A stretch of DNA of 59,567 nucleotides, counting the filler, from Sphacelaria rigidula (lineage: Eukaryota), in NCBI GenBank assembly GCA_964200075.2. It is 7 parts of 7 records of this genome, joined end to end, with 100 filler letters (N's around TTAATTAATTAA, not from the genome) between each part and the next. Parts side by side here need not be neighbours in the genome. Positions count along the whole stretch, not along the records: positions 42,622 to 51,044 come from CAXNAA020011188.1; positions 51,145 to 59,567 come from CAXNAA020011189.1; 5 more parts are not named here. One strand, written 5' to 3'. A program made the position numbers and the translations under genes. The notes beneath the pieces were generated by a model that saw only the letters and a list, made by a program, of their open reading frames with translations, made no database searches and had not been told where the DNA came from. Shown here one piece after another: positions 50,363-59,567 of the stretch (the stretch's first letter is position 1; the number at the start of each line of letters is the position of its first letter).

Positions 50363-51879
50363 AGTGGCAGTGGTGGGACATCATGCCATCCCCAAAGCGT
50401 AGGATTCCCAGGAGCAGCGATAGCGATAGCTTCGTCATCTTGTGAACCCCTTTGCATTTACTGTTCTCGAGGCAGCTACGCACGCTTCAAGCACAAGCCA
50501 CTCTGCACGACAGTTTACGATGCCCTCCAATAACCCTGTTAGGAACCCTTGCCGCTGCTCATTGGTATGATGTCCATCCACGGTTACGTTTGTATATACA
50601 TACGTTTCGTCTGAGGCAAGTGGGTTGATTTTCTTATCCAACGAAAATGAGCGACCTGCTCGCCGCCATGGGCACACGCTTCATTGCTTCCCATGTGACA
50701 AACAACCCAACAAATGCGTATCAGCATCTATCAAGTACCTCGTTCGCCCCCCTCAAAACTGTTAGAATTGCTGAATTGTACGATTTCCTCAATATTCACT
50801 TTCGGCCGATCAAATCGCACAATATTGAGTCTTCAGCATGTCACCCAAGTCGCACGAAAGATCGCGGTATTTTTTTGCCGTACCAAGCCCATCTGGAAGA
50901 CATATACATATATATATATATATATATGTGTAAGGAAGGCGTATCGCTAGAGTAGTCAGAGACCTACGTGGGGAGACTGCCGTCCTGATGACGAAGAAAA
51001 TCCGAGGCTGGCGATGACTTCCTATTGTATAAGTAGGAAAGCAGNNNNNNNNNNNNNNNNNNNNNNNNNNNNNNNNNNNNNNNNNNNNTTAATTAATTAA
51101 NNNNNNNNNNNNNNNNNNNNNNNNNNNNNNNNNNNNNNNNNNNNGGAAGAAAAAAAAAAAACGTCAACCGCTGGTCAAAAAGGTCTCCACGCGATTTTTG
51201 CGCCATTCCACGTGCCTGGGCTGCGCGTACCTGACTCGCGACGCTGAAAACAAAGTCTAAGAATTACTTCTTACGGTGCGAATCAATTAGACTAAAAATC
51301 AAGTAATTTCCAGACAAATCAATAAGTCGTCCCAACCTTGGAAACTTTTCACAAATGCTGGCTGTTAGGGTCCTTTGGAAACCCACTCTCAGGAACTGAC
51401 GAGTTTTTGTTTTTGTAAATCGGCATCAGACTGGAAAACGACTGAAGATGATGCCGGTGCACTAAAACAAAAATCGTCAGATCCTGGGAGTAAGTTCCAA
51501 AAGGGAGACAAGAACAAAACAAAACATGTTCCGGTTCGGTGAAAGCCACGGCGCATTTACATCCTGGCAAATTCCTTTCCCCGCAGTGTATGCATCCTAG
51601 ACACAACGCTGAACAGGTCGCTATAACCCTGCGATCACCAGAGTGGGTCATCTAGGCGGGTCTTCTGTTGAATCGGTGTCCTTTTCACTCGAAACGCGGA
51701 CGTTGTGCCCAAATGGATAACTCCGGCGGTCAAAGGGTGACAACGCCGACGAAGACGAAGTCCCGGCCCTCAGATTGACGTTATTCGTCACTTTTTAGTT
51801 CTGCGCAACAGAAATGGGTTGCATCATGGATGAACCTCATTTTCGTGAAACACTCGTAGACAGACAGTGTCTGTTGTAC

Positions 51880-52038
51880 CTATTCTGTTTCCCTCACTTT
51901 TCTTCAGCGAGTGCTTCCATTCGTTTTTCATCTCGGGTATGTCTATCATGTGGAGAATGACCACGACTATATCCCTCGGAAATTAGTTAAGGTAGTGCGA
52001 CAATCCCTCACTCACTGTAATCAACCAATCAACCAACC
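51880..52038 (+). mobile_element. (AATC)n-tailed retroposon 3' end
   Basis: ctcgggtatgtctatcatgtggagaatgaccacgactatatccctcgg...gtgcgacaatc...aatcaaccaatcaacc. Confidence 0.58.
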
Positions 52039-52249
52039 TGGTATATACTTGTACGTATGGCTGTCCCTCGAGAGGCCGAAAGATGGAACGTTGCGATTCT
52101 TAGTTCTTTGGTTGGCGGTATTTCGGGCCTTGAGTCTCGCCCGTAGTCGGACCCTGTGTTCATTTCTACTTGGCGTCGCGCGTCGGTTGGAAGGCCGTGT
52201 GCCACTCTCTGAAGTCCGAATGGCCACCTGCGGCACCGGATCTTCTGAG

Positions 52250-52443
52250 GTTAGCCATATGTATTCTCTTTCTTCTTTATTATTTATTCCTGTTTTTGCT
52301 TGTATCGCATTTTGTGAGTTTTAATCTGGGTCTATTTTTGTTTTTTGTTTTCTTGCTAGCCTTTGACCACGGAAGGCGTCCGCATCAGATGCCCCGTACG
52401 AATGTACCGCGCAAATATCGGAACGGTTTTTAATGTTAAGACG

Positions 52444-52486
<43 letters not shown>

Positions 52487-52487
52487 C
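52250..52487 (+). mobile_element. Probable LINE 3' end with (CAA)n tail
   Basis: T-rich UTR-like tract, a short unique segment, then about 14 CAA units. Confidence 0.45.
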
Positions 52488-53961
52488 GATCAACGGTGTT
52501 GCAGGACGTACAAGTGTCCATGCGATAGAGAGGGCACATTTAGAGGAAACTATGACTTTTTTCACCCGAGTCATGGACCACTTCTAGGTTTATTTCTTTA
52601 GTACGTTTCATCAAGGTTAGTTTTTTTTCTCTGTAGTTCCTTTCCTTCGCCTTCCCGCTTGGTAATGTTTTGTTTCTTGTATTGCTTGGGTGTTGCTGGT
52701 CTTGCTTCATGTCTCCTAGTTTACTCCTTCTGTTAGTTCTATCTCTCGCCCCCCCCCCCCCCCCCCCCTTCTCACTCCGCCTTCCCGCATAAGAGAACCC
52801 CCCCCACCCCCCCCCCCCTCCTTCTCTTTTTTTCGGCCGTCTCCCNNNNNNNNNNTTTGGGTCTTTCTTTATTTCCCCCTTTTTTTCCCTTCTTTTTTTT
52901 CTTTTTTCTCCCCCCCCCCCCCCCACCTCATATGACTACGGCATGCAAGATCATGAGAACACCCACTCCCCTTCGCCCTCTCTTCTTTTTTTCAGCGAGC
53001 GTCTACGTTTTGTTTACCTTGGTCGCATCTACCTCGTGACCATGGTTGGGTCTCTCGGAGACCACTTGATGCGCAACAATAAATCAATTCATCAAAGATG
53101 ACTCCGGGCCTAGTACGGACAGCATTTAGAGTCTTCAGCAGATTTCGTTGTAGAGTACGCAGGCACACCGTTGTTTCGGGGTTGAACCTCACACTTCAAT
53201 AACCAATGGTACAAGGCGTTGCCGCACGTGCCATCTATATGCAATGCAGACACCACATGCGGGGCAAAAGCTCACCTCCGGGTTTGGTGCGCACTCGTGA
53301 GTGTTCCAACATCTTTACAGCAGTACAGTACAGACAGCAGGGTAAACTACAGCAAGTATAACACCAACTGTAACGACTCCTTGAACCCGTGAAGATCGAC
53401 TTCTGATCACGAGCACTCAGGCGATTAGGTGGTCGCGCGTGTCTCCAGCGTATTGGAAAAAAACCACCGAGGTATCCACCTCGTCAAACAAAACGCGAAG
53501 GAGCAGCCGGAACAACGAATTCGAAGAAGCGACGACTGAAAAATGACCACTTTTCACGGGGCCAAAGGACAAGGTACCATGCATTATCCATCACTATTAC
53601 GAGTGTCATATCGTGACCCTTTCCTTCGACGAACGAGATTTTCATATGAAAAACACGGCCAGGCAGGTAATATCAACTCGGAATGACCTGCTCTACGCTG
53701 TAAGACGATTTCGGCACACTGCCGCGATTCTTGGTGTGTGTGCGCAATTTGATTTTAAAGTGAAGAAAAACATCAGGACTACTTGTGAATCAGCGAGATT
53801 TTGTTCGATCCTGCACTTTCCGTATTCTTCCCCCTGACCTAGGGTCAAAAACTTGACACACCAATGATCGCTACGAGTCGCAGCGTTTGTCAAAGTCTTT
53901 CTCGGCAGATGTGGAGCAAACGTCATTCGTAGATGAAATTATCGGAATTACCCACTTGCAG

Positions 53962-54197
53962 GCCGATCCCTCCGGTGCCTCAGCTGGTAACCTCGACAAC
54001 TTCCGGTTGGATCGTGGGTTCGCATCTCGGAGAAATCTGGGATTTTCTTCTCACACAGTGCCCAACAGTGGAGAGCGACTATGTATTGGGCAGAAAAAAA
54101 TCAACTTAATGGTCGACGAGGGGAAGGGACTGATGAATCCCTCTCGCGACAAAAAAGAAAATAAAGGCAAGCACCGCAGAAGGGAAGTGGAGAACTA
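53962..54197 (+). mobile_element. Diverged tRNA-derived SINE copy
   Basis: ccggtgcctcagctggtaacctcg...gggttcg...gatttt..tc.cacacagtgcccaacagtggagagcgactatgt aligns by eye with the 59418 copy; the 3' boundary is approximate. Confidence 0.65.
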
Positions 54198-54321
54198 AGA
54201 AAAATAATCATGTGTTGCACTTCCTCCTGTGTGACCCCGGCTGGTGCACCCAAATATACCGAAAGGTGTTGACCAGCGTCCGGAATAGACGGGACGACAG
54301 CACACACACACAACACACAAC

Positions 54322-54661
54322 CGGGCATTTGGCTACCCCCAAAATTCCTCCTAATCGGTCAAATTTTCGAGCCTCCAGAGGAATTAAACACCTCCGGAGG
54401 GGTGCGCGGCCCTCCAAAGGAGATTTTTTGGTTTCCTCCAGAGGGATGAAACGCCTTCGGAGGCTTATTTTCGCCCCTGAAGTGCCGCGCATCTCTCCGA
54501 AGCCATTTTTCTACCCCCAAATTCCTCCGGAGGGGTGCACGGCCCTCCAGGTCGGTAGTGTTTGGTTTCCTCCAGAGGGATTGAAGGCCTCCGGAGGCTT
54601 GTTTTGCCTCTGGAGGGTCGCGCATCCCTCCCGAGGCATTTTGGGGGTAGGCAAATGGCCG
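54322..54661. mobile_element. Palindromic MITE with internal duplication
   Basis: TIRs cgggcatttggctacccccaaaattcctc / gaggcattttgggggtaggcaaatggccg; an internal second copy of the left end at ~54502; repeated cctcc(a/g)gagg motifs. Confidence 0.75.
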
Positions 54662-55593
54662 CGTGTGCACCCCTTTAGCGGTTCATTCAGGTGACAAAAA
54701 GGGGCTGCGGAAAGGGTCAATATACTCACTTATTGAGGCACCACGACAAAATACATACTGTGTAGGGGTAGATTTTTGTACAGTAGTGAAATGTGAAATT
54801 CAAGAAGAGGCTCTTCAGTAACGAATCGGCGGAATCTAGCGCCAATGAAATGCGACCATTGTAGTGAAGCATGCTTGTGATTGGCTCGCACACTCGAGTC
54901 ACAGCTGCAGTATACGTGCTAGTGTACATGAATGAACAGTCGCGCCGGGACGGAGAGAGCAGCATCAGAGAAACGAAGCAGCAAGCAGACAAGCACAGAG
55001 CGAGTGATACGTTGCAGCCGCAGGGGGTCATGTCGATGTTGTGTATCGGTATATCCCCACTTCAGGATGGTTGGTTGTGTCTTCCCTTGACCGCGAGCCC
55101 TGGCGCCTATGCCAGCGGCAGCGGCCACCACGCTGCCGGGTGCAATCAGTTCCCTGGTGGTGCAGTATATCTGAGCTGTGCTGTGGGTTGCTCCTTTCAT
55201 TGGAGCACGGGGTCTGGCCCAGCCGGCCGAGCGGTGTATATACCGGCGTTGTCTTTACCCAGTCATGTTCGGTATCGCGCAAATGATGGGCCTGGGTCGC
55301 GCTTTGTTAGTGTCACGGAAGACGAAACAGTCAACATACCGTGAAGTTTTCATCAGTCAGGTATGTGGACGGTACTGCGTTACGGAGACTATTTTCTACA
55401 GGGAGACGAACACAACAATGCAGCAGCTCAGGAGCTCAGGCAAATCTCAGCGGATACCGAAACCGTCTTCGCCCAGGTCTACACACATGAAAGAACAATA
55501 ATAGCTACAGGATATGAGGAGGACGTGAGTGTGCCTGTCCTGCAGTACAGTGAAAAACAGGACACGTCCCACGTTTTCTTTGCCTGATTTTAA

Positions 55594-55695
55594 CCCTTTG
55601 ACCACGAGGGTAGGTCACCTGCTGAATCGGCATCAATGCTCACTTGAAAAAAGGATGCGTGATCCAGATCGACTACGTGCACCGCGGTCGAAGGG
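55594..55695. mobile_element. piggyBac-like mini-MITE (102 bp); a more degenerate similar element at ~55850-55951
   Basis: TTAA|ccctttgaccacg ... cgcggtcgaaggg|TTGA; CCC...GGG ends at a TTAA-like site. Confidence 0.5.
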
Positions 55696-57480
55696 TTGAA
55701 CGGGTCCACAACGTTTGCCGGGTGCCGAACTTGAACGCTCGGCCATAATCGCGCTTTGCGCAAATAATTTAATTCACCACCAAATCATCCCTTTTTGATG
55801 GCGCCTGTGTCCTTTTTGATGGGTTCGCAATTTTGACCCTCCCCTCAAACCCCTTGACCACCGCCCCCGGTGGGCCATCTGGGTCTCACGTCTATTTTCA
55901 TGCAAAAATAATGCTCATTCAACATATCACCCACCACGGCTGGTCAAACGGTCAAGAAGTTGTGATACAGACATCAACGTGAATGACACGTGATGACGTG
56001 ACGACCTACGCACTGTGACGCGCACCCGTCCGCCGACCAAACACGTACCCCCTTCGTTCCTCTCCGCCAAGAAAACGCTTCGAATCGGAACTTACCAACC
56101 AACCAATAGCCAACTTTAACACCGATGACACCGGGTGAGGGAAATCTCCGCCTCGACGTTTATAGTAAATTAAAGTCGGATCAACCGCAGATAAAATACG
56201 TAGTTGGGGACAAATACCACCGGGATGTTAGCAACTTGCGGGGATCTCTGGGGAGTGCGGCGTGCCCGCATCTCAAAGTTGGTAAACGCGTCGCTTAGGT
56301 GCAGCAGGGGAAGTCCAAATTAGGCAGAAATGCAACGATAATTCACCATTCACCGCGTATCCACTGACATTGTCTGTAGAACGAACTGGCTCTATTTTTT
56401 GGTGCATGCGCAACGTACGCGAATCCGTTCCTTGTTGGAAGAGAGACGAACACTTTTCCCCGTGAACTGCTAAACCTCTCTGATTGATGATCGTCACCCC
56501 AAACTCCTTGTAAATTTACTCAAGCAACTAGATCTCATCCTCTTGTCACTACGTGTGTTGCCATGTTCTTGCTACCATTTTACGACTATGCATCGATCAT
56601 CTGCGAGAGCCCGGGCGAGCTTCAGTCAGGTGTGTCGGGTCTCTCCGTACATTGGGTGAGAATAGATACTTTTGATCCGCAAAATTTCGCCCCAAGATAG
56701 GCTGGTAAATAGGTGATGCCGCGAAGTGAGTATTTCGAGTGGGTAATACTGTCTATAAGCGATCCTCTGTTTCACGATTGCTCAAGCAAAAATCAATGAA
56801 CAAGCAACGGGATAGCACCCAGGCAGCACAGCATCATGAGCCATAAGCAATGAACACACATCCGTGCTGCACAGGAAGGCCCTTGTCTGCAGAAAATACT
56901 GCCCTGAAAACTTTTGTCACCTAACTCAAGGTTTTTTTTTATTACGACATGATGAGTGCGCTGCACGCTGCCACTCTGATCGCTAATATAATACATATTT
57001 TACAACGCGTGTTGAGACAAATATAACTAATATTTATGACCAGCGCGGCTATCTTCAACGGACGATGTTCGGTCTACAGCCTAAAATAGCACCTGTTGCT
57101 GTTGGTGAACTAATGAAGGTGCGGTGACTTTCCCCCTCTCCGCTAGTTGCTGTGGCTGCCGGGGCTGCTTTTTCAGCATCGCTGTGGGTATATCTTGTTG
57201 TTTTTCGCCGCCCATTACGTGAAATACCATTCTGCTGTGCGAGCTTTCTTGGTTCATTTACGCGTGGGTGCTTCTTCTGTGTTCAAAAATCTGATGTCGG
57301 AGGAAGCTGTGGAGCGACTGGTAAGGATGCGTACCGCGATCTCTATCGTCATACTTACCAAGCGGCTAAATAATGATCGGGTCAGGGTGCCGGGTGTTCA
57401 GTGTGCAATCATGGGTGTGCACTACACACAGGTATACGCGCTGGCAACATGGATCAATGAATAAATTCAACCACATCGTG

Positions 57481-57921
57481 ATGATGAATCTACGACAAAG
57501 GTCTTCCGCGACATCCTCAGCCGGCAGCACGCGGAATCACCGCTGCTCAAGGTCAAATTATCTTTGGACATTGCGGACCAGCTCAAGGCGAAAATGTACC
57601 AGCAGTAGTATCATTTCAGCGCTGCTGACGGATCTTACGCGGTTAGCCTTCTGGGTTTCACTCGTAGCAAGCGTTTGCGCGGCGACAGCAGCAGCAGCAG
57701 CTGATCATAAAGGCGAGAGTAGCAGTAGAACCAAGACCAGTGGTCCTCGCGGGATGCTCTATACTCTCCTGGGAGTGTCGCCGCGGGCAAGCCAGACTGA
57801 GATAAAGCGAGTTTTCCGAAGGCTGGCTCTTGATGTCCACCCGGATAAGCTGGGCCCCTTTTCAGACAAGGAGTCGGAGGCCAAGGCTAACGATGAATTT
57901 ATCAAGGTTACTGTTGCGTAC
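57481..57921 (+). CDS. DnaJ/Hsp40 J-domain protein, first coding exon (start and 3' boundary uncertain)
   Basis: LYTLLGVSPRASQTEIKRVFRRLALDVHPDKLGPFSDKESEAKANDEFIKVTVAY, a J-domain with HPD, preceded by the hydrophobic stretch LAFWVSLVASVCAATAAAAA. Confidence 0.85.
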
Positions 57922-59417
57922 GGAGCAAGCCGACGGCATTGAACATTACGACGGTGTACGCTTGCTATTCCATTTTCTTGGTCAGCACGTGTACATGATT
58001 CAAGCTTATACCGCCGTCCGTGGAGCTGATGCAAAAAAAAAAGTTTGAAATGTGTGCTCATGAAAATGATTTCGCGGCCAACGTCGATCGAACGACGGTG
58101 GTGCAGGTGTGACGGTCGTCGTACAAGTGGGTATTGTGCAGCGCCCAGAGTGACTGATATGGTATCAAATCCCGCCGTAAATAGAAAGAAGTAGCGTAGC
58201 ATTGTTGTGCAAATAGCTTCATGACTAGATCGCGGAAATATTGCTTTCTGCCGGAACGAGGACATACTTCGCGCACTCCCGATGAAGACACACGACTGAC
58301 TGAGCAATCCCATGGCTGGGAGGATGTAAAGTGTTGCCCAAACCAACGGGGTTAACAGGTACTTCGTACACTTTTTCTCACCATGTATTGTAGTGGGATG
58401 ATGCTTCGCCAAGCAACCTACTGTACATGTGCCTGAATGTTGCCATAGACACAATTTCCTATACCTTTTTCAGTACCTGAAACGGCGTCTACAATGCAGA
58501 AATATCGGGGCGAAAATTTGTTCGGAATACCTTCGCTCTTTTCACGGGACAGGCTTGAACAGCCGATCATCCATTTTGAGGATGGAGCTTTTCATTGAGG
58601 ATGAAAACCCGGAGAATTACGATAGTCGCATCCACATCAATTCTTCGAGATATGGTTCCATTCCTTGATCTGCTGGTAGCTTTTGACAACTTCTACACGC
58701 CGGATCACGTAAATACCTACCCAAAATTTTTATTTTGCACCTAGAACCCCCAACTTTCCGGTAATGGGAATTTAAACTTGTACAACGTGTAGCAGCAGTT
58801 GTCAAGAGCTACCAGCAGATGAACGAACGGAACCATATCTCGAAGAATTGGTGTGGATGCGAATATTTTAATTCTCCAGGCTTTCATCCTCAATGAAAAG
58901 CTCCATCCTCGAAATGGATCATCGGCTGTTCTTGGCTCTCAATACGTTACGCGAGGGAGGGAGATAGGAGGCGTTTTACTCCATTCCTCCTATCCTGCCG
59001 GGTGTGTTGTAGTCGATGCGCGCCTTCAGTCAAATTACGTGTGTTGACGCCCACGAGGATGAATGATGCATGAGTAGCAAAACGAGAAACCAGACTGGTG
59101 GGTGACATGGCATATGTATCTTCCAGTAGAACCGGTTGATACACCGCACCCAGGCATGACCAAGCTTTGGCAGTGTAGCAAAATAACCGCCCCAATATTG
59201 TCTTGTCTTCTCTGCTAAAGCCAATCGGCGATCAGCGATCGGCATCTTCACGATCTGTTTGCACACAATTTCCCCAAATATAGTGGGTTTGATTTCACAT
59301 TTGAATCCGAAGCCCTACCGACAATAATAATTTCTGTACAAAGCAGGAACCCCTTCCCAACGTCCCTTTCCCACCCGATGGGTTTGCAGGTGCCGCGATA
59401 TTTGTGTGTAACTTCGA

Positions 59418-59567
59418 GCCGGTCGCCCCGGTGGCTCAGTCGGTAACCTCGTAACCTTCTAACGGTTGAGTTGTGGGGTTCGATTCCCAGAGCGATCTGC
59501 GATTTTTTCTTACACCATGCCCAACAGTGGAGAGCGGCTATGTCGTGGGTACACAAAATTCGACCTA
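59418..59567 (+). mobile_element. tRNA-derived SINE (truncated by window end)
   Basis: A box tggctcagtcgg and B box ggttcgattccc, no acceptor stem, and a tRNA-unrelated body shared with the 53962 copy. Confidence 0.78.

Noticed and set aside
50214..50533. Poly-His/Pro/Gly ORFs
   Set aside because: Translations of a (GGT)n microsatellite with no supporting splice or domain evidence.
12235..57921. Signalling gene cluster (NEK kinase, Kelch, PP2C, cyclase-like, DnaJ)
   Set aside because: Each gene is on a different, artificially joined contig.
59425..59497. Amber-suppressor-like tRNA (anticodon-like loop TT-CTA-AC)
   Set aside because: There is no acceptor stem, the sibling copy at 25404 has CTG at the same place, and it continues into a repeated body. 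It is a SINE head.

Overview
Eukaryotic, intron-rich genomic DNA. The long GT-AG introns, microsatellites and an AHAF-type signal peptide suggest a stramenopile, most likely a brown alga (inference). The window is not one locus. It is seven contigs of 8425, 8425, 8424, 8424, 8423, 8423 and 8423 bp joined by identical 100-nt N44-TTAATTAATTAA-N44 linkers, so neighbourhood across linkers carries no information. Partial spliced genes reconstructed by hand: a PPIL4/CYP59-type cyclophilin-RRM-RS protein, a NIMA/NEK-type kinase with a long low-complexity N-terminus, a Kelch-repeat protein, a PP2C phosphatase terminal exon, an OFA-type MFS transporter, a soluble-adenylate-cyclase/STAND-like C-terminal fragment with a probable GC-AG intron, a J-domain protein, and two weaker unknown genes. 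Non-coding DNA is rich in non-autonomous mobile elements: four ~600-bp Stowaway-like MITEs, a Harbinger-type MITE nested in another's TIR, a 1.4-kb hAT-type element built from higher-order palindromic repeats, piggyBac-like minis, tRNA-derived SINEs and several (AATC)n- or (CAA)n-tailed retroposon 3' ends. I found no convincing novel multi-gene system, CRISPR array or true RNA gene. The most notable items are transposon architectures and splicing oddities.
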